From Promethearchaeota archaeon (GTDB taxonomy: Archaea > Asgardarchaeota > Lokiarchaeia > Sigyniarchaeales > SOKP01): a stretch of DNA of 64,000 nucleotides. Shown here one piece after another: positions 38,500-48,551 of the stretch. The translations under genes and the position numbers were made by a program. The notes under the pieces were generated by a model, which worked only from the letters and a program-made list of their open reading frames with translations, was not told the origin of the DNA and searched no databases. The DNA lies in NCBI GenBank assembly GCA_048938445.1, contig JBHLME010000002.1, forward strand, positions 16,092-80,091, written 5' to 3'. Position 1 is the first letter of the stretch; each line of letters begins with the position of its first letter.

Positions 38500-39852
38500 T
38501 CATTTAGGTTGAGTATAATCTTTTGAGTAATATTTAATATCAATGAGTACTAATATGAGAAGTATTAACATTACCATGGCACTAGTAAAGCCTAATAAGA
38601 AATAAGCATCGACAGTGAATGTAAATATTGTTAATATTCCAATATCTAAATACCAAAATGCAATAACAGGTGCTAAAATCTGACTTATTGATTGCATGTT
38701 CATTCCCCATCCATTTACGATTCCTTGATCATGTTCCTCGGCAGTCCTACTAAGTGTTGTCGTAGTAATTGTCCGTGAAAATACGTTTGAAAAGACAAAT
38801 GGTACCACGAATAGTAAAAGCATCCAAGCCTCTATCATGAGAGGATACATTAGAGCTACAAACGCACCAGATATAATTGCTATTACAAGCACTTTTTTTT
38901 CACCTAATTTTGAAACTAATGGTTTTGTCAAGCGAACACCAAAAATTATCATTAAAATACCTGCAATTGTCGCAAAGATGCCTAAATGAGCAAGAGTTAA
39001 TCCATATCTTGTTTGGATAACCTCAGAAATACTCGTATTAAACATTTGTATGGTAAGACTAACGATAAATAACTGCCCCAATCTTAACCAAACTACCTTA
39101 GTAAGAACTTTATTTTTACCACCTGGATTTTTTTTATTATTCGTCTCTTTAATTTTTTTATTCTCTAATCTACGTTCTTTAGGCATGCTTTCAACCAGAA
39201 ATCTAATTGTAAAAATTATTGAGAGGAAGGATAGAAAAGAGGCTATGAAAGGAGGAATGCTTAAATCTATTATTCCCATAAATCCCCCTATTACAGGACC
39301 AAAAATCATACCAAATGCCATTATTCCAGTAAATTTTCCCATTTCTGTTGACCTTGTTTTCGATTCGGTAATATCAGCAATATAGGCACGTATTACTGGT
39401 ATCTGCCCTCCAAATACACCATCAAAGATTCTTGATAAAAATACTACTTCAAGTGAACTTGAAAATCCTAATAATAAGAATGAACTTAGAGTTCCAACTT
39501 GTGAAACTAATAAAATTGGCTTTCTCCCATATCTATCACTTAATTTCCCCCAAATTGGAGCAAAAAAAAGTGCTGTTGCTGCATTAGATGCTATTGCCAT
39601 ACCTATTATAAATTCCGATGCACCATATATACCCCTAACTATATTAGGCAATAATGGTACAATCATCGAATATCCTAAAACATCCACAAAAATACATAGA
39701 CTAATGGTTATCATTGCTGATCTTTGATTTATGTTGAATCTTTCTAGCCTTTCTTGATGATTTTCCATTATTACCCTAAATAGCATCGAATGTTTTTGAT
39801 ATGAAAAGGTAAATATTACAAGATTATAAAAAAGTATGGATTTAAAATCCAT
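38500..39852 (-). CDS. MFS transporter, TetA/DHA1-like (probable start MENHQ at 39768)
   Basis: FVDVLGYSMIVPLLP, WGKLSDRYGRKP, SRIFDG, AYIADIT, GPVIGG. Confidence 0.9.
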   Translation of the reverse strand: MDFKSILFYNLVIFTFSYQKHSMLFRVIMENHQERLERFNINQRSAMITISLCIFVDVLGYSMIVPLLPNIVRGIYGASEFIIGMAIASNAATALFFAPIWGKLSDRYGRKPILLVSQVGTLSSFLLLGFSSSLEVVFLSRIFDGVFGGQIPVIRAYIADITESKTRSTEMGKFTGIMAFGMIFGPVIGGFMGIIDLSIPPFIASFLSFLSIIFTIRFLVESMPKERRLENKKIKETNNKKNPGGKNKVLTKVVWLRLGQLFIVSLTIQMFNTSISEVIQTRYGLTLAHLGIFATIAGILMIIFGVRLTKPLVSKLGEKKVLVIAIISGAFVALMYPLMIEAWMLLLFVVPFVFSNVFSRTITTTTLSRTAEEHDQGIVNGWGMNMQSISQILAPVIAFWYLDIGILTIFTFTVDAYFLLGFTSAMVMLILLILVLIDIKYYSKDYTQPK

Positions 39853-39923
39853 TTTTTACAAATAAATTAATATATCTTAGGTTGATAATAATATATTAGC
39901 AAATAGTATTAATTCTTAGGAAT

Positions 39924-40868
39924 GTGAGAATAATGGAAAATAAGGATAATGACCCAGATTCCATTAATGAACAAAAGAAAATTGTTGATGCAATATACAA
40001 GAAAGAAAAAGAAGAGAGAGAAGAATATTTAAAATCGTTTGAAGAAGAAAGGAAAAAATCTATTGAAGAGAGTAAAGAACAAATTTCAAGTTCTATTAAT
40101 GAAAAAGCTTTTATGATTGATAGAAAAAAAGAACAAGCTGCGACGCTGAAAGATATTCATCCCGATATACTTACTCCTGCAAAAAAAATTAAATCTACAG
40201 TTGAAGAAAAAGCATTTCGAATTGAAAGGCAAAGAGATATAGATGACCAGCGTAAAAACATTAATCCCGATATTGAAAGTTCTGCAAAAGCAATTGAGGG
40301 GGCCGTAGCAGAAAAAGCATTTGCTCAAGAGAGACAAAAACAAATGGACGAGCAACGTAAACAATTGAAACCCGACATGGAAGGATCCGCAAAAGCCATT
40401 GAGGGGTCCGTAGCGGAAAAGGCATTTGCTCGAGAGAGACAAAAACAAATGGACGAGCAACGTAAACAATTGAAACCCGACATGGAAGGACCTGCAAAAG
40501 CCATTGAAGGGTCCGTAGCGGAAAAAGCATTTGCTCGAGAAAGACAAAAACAAATAGATGAACAACGAATGCAATTAAAGCCCGACATGGAAGGACCTGC
40601 AAAAGCCATTGAGGGGTCCGTAGCGGAAAAGGCATTTGCTCAAGAGAGACAAAAACAAATGGACGAGCAACGTAAACAATTGAAACCCGACATGGAAGGA
40701 CCTGCAAAAGCCATAGAAGGGTCCTTGGCGGAAAAGGCATTTACTCGAGATCGTCAACGTGCAATTGATGAGCAAAAACAAAAAATCCATCCTGATATAA
40801 AGGCTATTGGGGAAAAGATTGAATCTGAAATAGAATCTATTGAAGAATCAAAAAAAGAGAGAGAATAA
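39924..40868 (+). CDS. Charged helical protein built from 35-aa repeats
   Basis: About seven copies of AKAIEGSVAEKAFARERQKQMDEQRKQLKPDMEGP. Confidence 0.8.
   Translation: MRIMENKDNDPDSINEQKKIVDAIYKKEKEEREEYLKSFEEERKKSIEESKEQISSSINEKAFMIDRKKEQAATLKDIHPDILTPAKKIKSTVEEKAFRIERQRDIDDQRKNINPDIESSAKAIEGAVAEKAFAQERQKQMDEQRKQLKPDMEGSAKAIEGSVAEKAFARERQKQMDEQRKQLKPDMEGPAKAIEGSVAEKAFARERQKQIDEQRMQLKPDMEGPAKAIEGSVAEKAFAQERQKQMDEQRKQLKPDMEGPAKAIEGSLAEKAFTRDRQRAIDEQKQKIHPDIKAIGEKIESEIESIEESKKERE
40265..40750 (+). repeat. 105-bp intragenic tandem repeat (more than 4 near-identical units)
   Basis: AAAAGCMATWGARGG recurs at about 40286, 40391, 40496, 40601 and 40706. Confidence 0.9.
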
Positions 40869-40911
40869 TAGGCATTTAATCAGAACCTATTTTTTTTTTT
40901 ATAATTTCATC

Positions 40912-41412
40912 CTAATAATATTCAAATAAATTTCGTGTTGTCCACGAATTGCTCAAATTAAAACTTTTCAATCTCTCCTTATAATCTAACATGGCAGGAT
41001 CTATTAATCCTTTAAATTGAATTATTTTTTGCTCGAAGCGACGATAAAAATCATTTAATATTTCATGAACATAATATTTTTCCATTTCAAGGCTTATTTT
41101 TTTTGTAATGGCAATAACCATCAATCGGCCTCTTTTTTCATAGAGAATCCTCATTTTTTTGAAATTAATTTCTTGGATTTCTTCATCTTGATTTATTTCA
41201 TTTATAAAAAGATTCATTGCATTTAGAAAACTGCTTATTAAATCTTCTGGGGTATCACTAAAGCCTAAGTTATTACTATATTTATTGCTGGCAAATAAGG
41301 CTCCAGTGTGATGATCTAGAATATAAATTGCATGAAATATATTTTCTTTAGGATTGAATCGTTCAATATTAAAACCATATTTCTCTTTTAAAAACTCCAT
41401 CCTTCTATCCAC
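40912..41412 (-). CDS. Longin-like domain protein
   Basis: AIYILDHHTGAL...LISSFLNAMNLFINEI...IQEINFKKMRILYE...FKG. Confidence 0.7.
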   Translation of the reverse strand: MDRRMEFLKEKYGFNIERFNPKENIFHAIYILDHHTGALFASNKYSNNLGFSDTPEDLISSFLNAMNLFINEINQDEEIQEINFKKMRILYEKRGRLMVIAITKKISLEMEKYYVHEILNDFYRRFEQKIIQFKGLIDPAMLDYKERLKSFNLSNSWTTRNLFEYY

Positions 41413-41569
41413 AAGTCATTTTTGTATTATCACTCTAGTAATAGGTGAAGAAATCTTAGTTAATTGGAAACAAATGTGATACAAAAATACGAATAATATC
41501 TAAATATTATCATAATGTCAAAAGGTTTATTTTTAGATTTTCATTTTATTTATTCACTACTTTAAATAT

Positions 41570-42031
41570 TTGATGATCATGGAAAATCAGGATGCTAAAA
41601 ATAAAATCTCTGTAGGATTAATTATTACTAAGGATCAAATGAGTAATAATCAAATTTTTCCAGATGAAGTTAAAAAAGATATATCAGATTCACCATATTA
41701 CTTATTAATTTTCATTTCTCGTGAAGATGTTGTGAAAATCAACTGTTTTCCACTTTATACAGATATGATTAAAAAAGTCTTAATTAAGCTAACTGAATTT
41801 ACTCCTGATATAGTAAATGGTATTTCTCGTGTTTTTAAAGATTTAGAATTGCAGAAAAAAGAAATTATTCATATTACTGGAGTATGTTATGAAATGGAAG
41901 ATTGTTATTATGAAGCATTCATTTCTGGAACTGTTTTTAAACGTGAAGGCATAACCGAAGCTATTAATGATAAATTAACTTCTTTAGCAAATATTTTAAA
42001 TGTTGTAATTGAAGATATACCAAGATTATAA
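41570..42031 (+). CDS. Hypothetical protein, possibly ACT-like at the C-terminus
   Basis: 153-aa ORF; IIHITGVC...CYYEAFI. Confidence 0.55.
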   Translation: MMIMENQDAKNKISVGLIITKDQMSNNQIFPDEVKKDISDSPYYLLIFISREDVVKINCFPLYTDMIKKVLIKLTEFTPDIVNGISRVFKDLELQKKEIIHITGVCYEMEDCYYEAFISGTVFKREGITEAINDKLTSLANILNVVIEDIPRL

Positions 42032-42088
42032 AAAAATTTCCTCCTAAAACCTTTTTAATATAAAAAGACAAGATTCGCTTTTAATAAT

Positions 42089-42463
42089 TTATTCTAATTT
42101 GATTGAACTAAGTGAACGCCAAGCTCTCCAAAAAATTAACCACATGATTATAAATATAAAAAGAGCCGTTGAGAAGATGTATCCCCCAATAAAAATATCA
42201 ATAAAAGTGAATGGAATTCCCGCTATTGAGAATCCAAACATGAAACCATAACCCCAATATCTATTTTTTAAAGCGATTATTATTCCAGGAATACTAGTAG
42301 TGAAGATTACAGACAAATAAGAAGGGATTGTCATTAAATATCGAATAATGAGCATATTAATCCATGAAACAATAAAACCTATGATAAAAAAAACAATTGT
42401 TCCAACATCAAATTTAAGCTCATTATCTTCCCTACCAACGGTCTGACTTTTATGTTTACTCAT
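42089..42463 (-). CDS. Small membrane protein
   Basis: About four hydrophobic segments. Confidence 0.6.
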   Translation of the reverse strand: MSKHKSQTVGREDNELKFDVGTIVFFIIGFIVSWINMLIIRYLMTIPSYLSVIFTTSIPGIIIALKNRYWGYGFMFGFSIAGIPFTFIDIFIGGYIFSTALFIFIIMWLIFWRAWRSLSSIKLE

Positions 42464-42634
42464 GATTAATAATATGTATTTTATTATTTATTAGAAATTA
42501 TTTTAAATACAAAGCTTGATATAAATAGTACAAGATAAAAATTTAAATTAGATATCAAATTTAAGTTTTTGATTCGATTTCAAATTTTATCTTAATAACA
42601 ATGAAATGATAGAAAGGAAACAGAAATAAACCAT

Positions 42635-42753
42635 GACTCCTGCCACGCCCTGGATTTTTGTCTTTTGGTTAGTGTATAGAAGTACACTTTGATTTCGCCC
42701 TCCTTATCCTATTATATTTTATGACCTATCATTTGGTCTTGTTGGCAGGAGTC
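42635..42753. ncRNA. Candidate structured non-coding RNA (unassigned)
   Basis: GC-rich island in an AT-rich intergenic region; perfect 11-bp terminal stem GACTCCTGCCA/TGGCAGGAGTC; internal hairpins AGTGTA/TACACT and GACC/GGTC. Confidence 0.5.
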
Positions 42754-42977
42754 TATACCTAAAAACTAATATTGTAATTCAATAAAATGATACTTATTTG
42801 TCGGTTTTATTAAAAATTCTTTCTTTTTTTAATAAAACAACGGTTAGTACATTATAAAATTTAAATTTACTAAACGATTATTTTATTAAACAAGTATTTA
42901 AATAAAATTTAACATAGATTTTATTTATCTAAAACTAAATTTATACGATAACTAATCGTTTTAACGTGTAATCTTTT

Positions 42978-44681
42978 ATGACAGATGTAGAAATTATTCG
43001 TAGAACTGAGAGTCTATGTCCAGAATGCTTAAAACAAATACCTGCTGAATTTTACGTGGATCCAGAGACAAATTGGGTAATGTTAAGAAAAACATGCAAG
43101 GACCATGGAGAATTCAAGGATAAAATTGCAATTGATGCGGATGAATATAAATGGCAAAAAGAGTTCACTAATGAAATTGGTTCTACCATAGATATTTCCA
43201 CAAAACCAGATTCAACAACATCAGGAATAAAATGTGCAGAGAACGGGTGTCCTTATGATTGTGGAATCTGTGAAAATCATCAGAGTGCGCCTTGCATATG
43301 TCTAATTGACGTGACAAATCGATGCAATTTGACTTGTCCAATTTGTTTCGCCAATGCAAGTGCTAAGGGTTATGTTGTTGAACCTACTTTTGACCAAATA
43401 ATTCAAATAATGGAACATTTTCGGTCAATGAAACCAACACCTGCTGTATTGCTTCAATTTGCAGGAGGGGAGCCTACTCTCAGGGATGATTTACCTGAAA
43501 TCATTCGGAGAGGAAAGCAAATGGGCTTTATTGAAACCATGGTCTCTACTAATGGTGTTAGAATGGGTAAAAGCGTTGAATATTGTAGAGAATTAAAAGA
43601 AGCCGGATTGGATGCTGTTTATCTACAATTTGATGCCACTGATGCTCCAGAGATATGGAAGAAAGTTAGAGGCGTCAATTTATGGCCATTAAAGAAGCGA
43701 GTTATTGAAAATTGCCGAGAAGTAGGATTACATGGCGTTGTTTTAGTACCAGTAATAGCTAAAGGTGTAAATGACAATCAAGTTGGCCCCATACTAGATT
43801 TTGCCCGAGATAATACTGATGTTATTGTAGGAGTGGTATTTCAACCAGTGAGTTTATGTGGACGTATTAACTATGAAGAGTTAATGGATCTGAGATACAC
43901 TACCTCAGATCTTAAGGTTGATATTAACAAACACACGAATGATGCTATTAAACATTTTTATCCAATAGCAACTACGGCAAAATTCACGCAATTATTAGCA
44001 TGGTTTGATGATGTTCCCGCCTTCTCAATGATAAGCCATCATGATTGTGGATTTGCTACAATACTCATTTCTAATGAGAATACTGGTGAATGGGAACCAA
44101 TTGAAAACTATTTTGATGCTGACGGTTTGATAAAATTCGCTAATAAGACATGGGATATGATTACTAAGCGTGAGGCTCCCCGCCCCACAAAGATGTTGAA
44201 CATTGATTTGTCTAAATATGGAAATATTTTATCAACAATTGGTAATTTTGTTGATGATATGACAGAAATCGGATATAGACAGGCAATGAAAGCTTATTTC
44301 ATGGCAGGATTGTTGCGATACATCCGAAATCCCGCGAAAATCGTCACAAGCAAGACGTTTCAGTCTTTTGCCAAGTTAATATTTTCTCCCAGCCTACAAA
44401 CTGCGGGGAATTTCCTGCAAACACGGAATATCTTGATCGCAGCAATGCATTTTCAAGATGCATATAACTTTGACTTACAAAGAGTTAAAAGTTGTCTAGT
44501 GCATTATGGACTCATTGATCCCGATGATCCAAGTAAAGTTTTGGAAGTTCCTTTCTGTGCAATGAATACTGTACACAGGAGTAGATTAGAACGAAAATTA
44601 GCTCTTGTTGGTGTTGAAGCAAAAAAACCAGAAATAATACAAAGCGAAATAGAATCGCTCTTAAGCAATTTGGAAAAATAA
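42978..44681 (+). CDS. tes: Radical SAM enzyme of the tetraether lipid synthase (Tes/MJ0619) family
   Basis: N-terminal SLCPEC...KTCKDHG, GCPYDCGICENH, DVTNRCNLTCPICFANA, YLQFD, FQPVS, MHFQDAYNFD, PFC. Confidence 0.82.
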   Translation: MTDVEIIRRTESLCPECLKQIPAEFYVDPETNWVMLRKTCKDHGEFKDKIAIDADEYKWQKEFTNEIGSTIDISTKPDSTTSGIKCAENGCPYDCGICENHQSAPCICLIDVTNRCNLTCPICFANASAKGYVVEPTFDQIIQIMEHFRSMKPTPAVLLQFAGGEPTLRDDLPEIIRRGKQMGFIETMVSTNGVRMGKSVEYCRELKEAGLDAVYLQFDATDAPEIWKKVRGVNLWPLKKRVIENCREVGLHGVVLVPVIAKGVNDNQVGPILDFARDNTDVIVGVVFQPVSLCGRINYEELMDLRYTTSDLKVDINKHTNDAIKHFYPIATTAKFTQLLAWFDDVPAFSMISHHDCGFATILISNENTGEWEPIENYFDADGLIKFANKTWDMITKREAPRPTKMLNIDLSKYGNILSTIGNFVDDMTEIGYRQAMKAYFMAGLLRYIRNPAKIVTSKTFQSFAKLIFSPSLQTAGNFLQTRNILIAAMHFQDAYNFDLQRVKSCLVHYGLIDPDDPSKVLEVPFCAMNTVHRSRLERKLALVGVEAKKPEIIQSEIESLLSNLEK

Positions 44682-44806
44682 TTTATTATTTTTTTATTTT
44701 CATTTTTTTATTTATGTTATAATTATACTTCTTACTTAATTCAAGTATTAAGAAAAATAATAGAGATCAATATTGATAGGGGAATAAAACTTTAGCAAAT
44801 TTTTTA

Positions 44807-46795
44807 TTAATCATTAAGAAAAATATATTGGGGGGCTATTTTTCTCTTATCTTTTCCCGCTAAAATATGTACATGTTTAATTGTTTTAAGAGATTCTTGA
44901 TTGAAATTATCCAATGGAATATGTACTAATTCTCTATGTTTTACTCCTGCCATTGAATAAAAATATTTTCTTGGAGCTTCAGCAGCCACATACAAAATAA
45001 AACGTTCCTTTGAATGTAATATTCCAGCCTTCAAAAGTCGTTCCGCTTTGTTTTTAGTATCACGGTATTCATAGTCCATATAGTCTTGAAAAACTTCACG
45101 ATGAGGATGTGGTGGAAAAATTGATAACAATCCTCCAATTTCAACGTGAGAAATCCCAGGACCTATTAAATATTTTCCTGGATTAGTTGAATATAAAGAT
45201 AAATTACTTTCTTTATCATGTTCTGCCCACCAATCGAGTTTATAAGGATATTTCTCGACTTCTCCATCATCTTTATCAAATATTACGATTAATGTATCAA
45301 TATTTCCTTGCAGCTGTTGCTCATTTCGGACATATATTTTTTTTTTAAATGCCCAATTCCGAATAGTCTCTTTTATTGCAATTCCATCCATTAAACTAGA
45401 TTTAAACTCTTCAATCTTTATTCTCTGATTTTTCAAGTTTCTTTTAGCTTTTCTACGAATGAAATCAAAGTAATCTTCTTCTTGAACATCTTCAGGGGGA
45501 TAAGAAACAGCTTGCCATTTTCCTTTCTCCCATTCATTCCTCCATTGACCGGGATATTCTTCATTAGGCTTTTTTTTTAAAGGATTTTTATCCTTATCAT
45601 AACTATAAGGAAAACGTCGTTTTAATTTAACATATTTTCCATTAGGATTGAATCCGCCACCAGCACTCAATTTCATGGTTTCATATTTATTACTATCATC
45701 ATCATATGGGTATTTTGCTGCTCTCTCATACACTTTCCATCCAAAATCATCATCAATTATATTTTTAGCAGCTATTAACAAGTGTAATAAATTTGGTAAT
45801 AATCTCTTTTCAGTTAATGATAAATTTCTCGAATATTGAAAAAGTGATTTAAGCTTATGCAGATCTACAAATTCCTTGTATTCTTCTTCATATTCCCTTT
45901 TGGACTTAATAAAAATATTCTTGATGTGATTAATCTTATCGTATGATGCTATTAAATCATTAATTTGCTCGGGTGATTCTATTTTATTAAAAATATCAAT
46001 AAAATTTTTTTCCTTGAATTTCACCCATCTATATGTGTTATAAGGCAATTCTCTTAACAGAAATCTAGCATCAGAACTTTTTATATTATAAATTTGAAGA
46101 TGTTTAAATGGTATGAGATCAATTTCAACATCTTCAATGTTTTCAGGATTATCAAGAAAGTACTTTATATTTTCCCAATGTGCCATGCCTACTATAAATA
46201 ATATCCTATGATATAATGGGATCATCTTTAATAGATGAGTAGCCATGTATTTTTCTCGTAAAACATCTTTGGCTCGATAATCATACTTTTTTTCTAATTC
46301 TTCTTGATTCTCAAAATATTCATCTAAACTTATTGTATCTCTAAATTCTTTTTTAAAATTTATATCTTCTCTATTAAAGATTTCAGAAACTTTTTGGTAA
46401 AATAGGTTTAATCCAATCTTGTTAATAGAATAATCATCAGGTAATTTAAACATTTGAGGGGTATAATCTGTGAGTGATAGGTCTATAAATTCAATTGGGA
46501 CATTATATTCCAAACCTAATTTGATTGATTCGATTATTGAGTCTCCTGGATCTATAGGAACAAAATTTAGTTGTTTAGGATTTAAAGAATCGGCATAACC
46601 TAACAAAGATAAATAAGGTAATCTCTTTACAGCTTCAATTACTTCCTCTCTAATATTATTTGGTAACTCCACAGCAATTAAATCAGGAGATACTTGAAAA
46701 AATGCTTTATTAACTAGTTTAGTAAATTCTAATCTCGAATGAAATGTAGGAACTACATATATATTTTTGTATTTTATATAAGGTTTTAAATCCAT
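44807..46795 (-). CDS. Large conserved hypothetical protein, likely partner of the adjacent AAA+ ATPase
   Basis: PDLIAVELP, DPGDSIIE, REKYMA...IVGMAHW (TraB/ChaN-like N-terminus); co-oriented 34 bp after the ATPase. Confidence 0.65.
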   Translation of the reverse strand: MDLKPYIKYKNIYVVPTFHSRLEFTKLVNKAFFQVSPDLIAVELPNNIREEVIEAVKRLPYLSLLGYADSLNPKQLNFVPIDPGDSIIESIKLGLEYNVPIEFIDLSLTDYTPQMFKLPDDYSINKIGLNLFYQKVSEIFNREDINFKKEFRDTISLDEYFENQEELEKKYDYRAKDVLREKYMATHLLKMIPLYHRILFIVGMAHWENIKYFLDNPENIEDVEIDLIPFKHLQIYNIKSSDARFLLRELPYNTYRWVKFKEKNFIDIFNKIESPEQINDLIASYDKINHIKNIFIKSKREYEEEYKEFVDLHKLKSLFQYSRNLSLTEKRLLPNLLHLLIAAKNIIDDDFGWKVYERAAKYPYDDDSNKYETMKLSAGGGFNPNGKYVKLKRRFPYSYDKDKNPLKKKPNEEYPGQWRNEWEKGKWQAVSYPPEDVQEEDYFDFIRRKAKRNLKNQRIKIEEFKSSLMDGIAIKETIRNWAFKKKIYVRNEQQLQGNIDTLIVIFDKDDGEVEKYPYKLDWWAEHDKESNLSLYSTNPGKYLIGPGISHVEIGGLLSIFPPHPHREVFQDYMDYEYRDTKNKAERLLKAGILHSKERFILYVAAEAPRKYFYSMAGVKHRELVHIPLDNFNQESLKTIKHVHILAGKDKRKIAPQYIFLND

Positions 46796-46829
46796 TTGAA
46801 TTTAGCTTGATTATTTGTTTTTATTTCTA

Positions 46830-47738
46830 TTATTCTTCATCAAAAATTTCATAAAAACTTTTAAGAGTCTCCTCCTTTTCTTTAAGAAACTCTTCATACT
46901 CATCAGAACAATATCTAATTGCTATTTCATCTAGCACGTGGAGGATGGCTTGTTTAAATTGGGTTTTATCTAACTCATCCTTATTTTTATTATTTAATGC
47001 ACGAGTTTTCATGTAATAACGTAGGATATTAATCCCATCTCTCACGGTAGTTGGTTCAACGTGATTATGGCTATTTTGGAGAAAATCAACGCAATATTCT
47101 AAAATTTGATCGGAGGCAAAAGGTAAATTATATTTTAAGATTTTTAACTCATCAATTCTGTTTGGAAATTCAATCATTATTCGAGGATTGAGTCTGCTTG
47201 ATATGTATTCGGGTATTTCATATGTGCTACTATCACTATTCATGGTTACACATAAACGAAATTCTTCATTTGCATAAATCCTAATACCTGCTATGATACT
47301 TTCAACATATCTCCTTTTATCCATTAAAGGAGCTAATGAAGCCCAACTTTTTTCACTCATTCTATTCCCTTCATCTAATAAACAAATACCCCCCTTTATC
47401 ATCGCTGAAACCAAAGAACTTGCTACATATTTTATTTCATTTTTTGAAGAAATTACTGGACTTATTAACAAATCCTCTGGCCTGGTGTCCATTGTACATT
47501 GAAAAATATAAACATCTTTTTCCATTCGTTTACCCGTTGCATAAGCTAACGTTGTCTTTCCAATACCAGGTTTTCCTAAAATTCGTGGATTTAATGGAAT
47601 ATCCTCATCGTCCACTATTAACCATGCTGCTTTTAATTCATCAATAAGATCTTCATTCCCAACCCATTCCATGTTAACTTGAGCAGGTTCTGATAATATT
47701 AATTCCACACCAGAAATAGTAATCCTTTCACTCAACAA
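46830..47738 (-). CDS. MoxR/CbbQ/NirQ-type AAA+ ATPase
   Basis: GKPGIGKT, FQCTMDT, LLDEGNR, FRLCVTMN, SRL. Confidence 0.85.
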   Translation of the reverse strand: MLSERITISGVELILSEPAQVNMEWVGNEDLIDELKAAWLIVDDEDIPLNPRILGKPGIGKTTLAYATGKRMEKDVYIFQCTMDTRPEDLLISPVISSKNEIKYVASSLVSAMIKGGICLLDEGNRMSEKSWASLAPLMDKRRYVESIIAGIRIYANEEFRLCVTMNSDSSTYEIPEYISSRLNPRIMIEFPNRIDELKILKYNLPFASDQILEYCVDFLQNSHNHVEPTTVRDGINILRYYMKTRALNNKNKDELDKTQFKQAILHVLDEIAIRYCSDEYEEFLKEKEETLKSFYEIFDEE

Positions 47739-47887
47739 ATTTCACATCTTCTGTATTTTAATCCTAATTAAATTAAATCCTATCGGAGTAATTAACTTTT
47801 CTTATCAATTTGGAAAGAAAAATAAAAATATTTAAGTTTTAAATATATTATGGTCATATTAAGATACCCGAATAGTAATTCAACAAA

Positions 47888-48433
47888 ATGACTAAACAAT
47901 ACATACTTAAATTAGTTGTGCTTGGTGATGCTGCGGTAGGTAAAACAAGCCTCATAAACCAATACATTGACCATTCGTTTAAAGAAGATTATAAACCAAC
48001 CTTAGGTGTAAATATTTTAACTAAAGACTTATATATAGAAAAATTTAATTTAACCACTCGATTAATTCTATGGGATTTAGCAGCACAGGAGAAATATGCA
48101 TTATCTCGTGCTTTATTCTTTCAAGGATGTTCAGGAGCACTATTCGTCTTTGATCTCACACGACATTTAACATTTACTAATATTAGTTCAATATGGTACG
48201 AAGATTTTCTTAAATTTGCAAATAATACTAGTGGAAGTAATTATTTATTAATCGGAAATAAAAGTGATTTAAAAGAATCTCGAACTGTTAAATTTGAAGA
48301 AGGCGAGACCTTGTCTAATCAATTAAAAAGCATTGAATATATAGAAACTAGTGCAAAATACGGCGCTAATGTAGAAGAAGCATTCAAAAAGCTCGTGTTT
48401 CATATAATAAAAAAGAAGTACAAGGAGGTTTAA
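47888..48433 (+). CDS. Rab-like small GTPase
   Basis: GDAAVGKT, YKPTLG, LWDLAAQE, GNKSD, ETSAK. Confidence 0.93.
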   Translation: MTKQYILKLVVLGDAAVGKTSLINQYIDHSFKEDYKPTLGVNILTKDLYIEKFNLTTRLILWDLAAQEKYALSRALFFQGCSGALFVFDLTRHLTFTNISSIWYEDFLKFANNTSGSNYLLIGNKSDLKESRTVKFEEGETLSNQLKSIEYIETSAKYGANVEEAFKKLVFHIIKKKYKEV

Positions 48434-48551
48434 CCATTTCATACTTTTTATTTAATTGAAATTAAAATAACAACGAAAGTAAAAAAATATAAAAACTTTA
48501 AAGATGATATTTTAAAATATCAAGATTAATAACTAAATTGATTGTTTCAAA

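Noticed and set aside
40086-40790. Several antisense ORFs over the 105-bp repeat, and a possible CRISPR array
   Set aside because: The ORFs are shadows of the in-frame coding repeat. There are no unique spacers, so it is not CRISPR.
41413-41433. In-frame TGA just upstream of the longin ORF as possible selenocysteine readthrough
   Set aside because: It would add only a few residues, the upstream GAGTGA is better explained as an SD-like motif, and no SECIS was seen.
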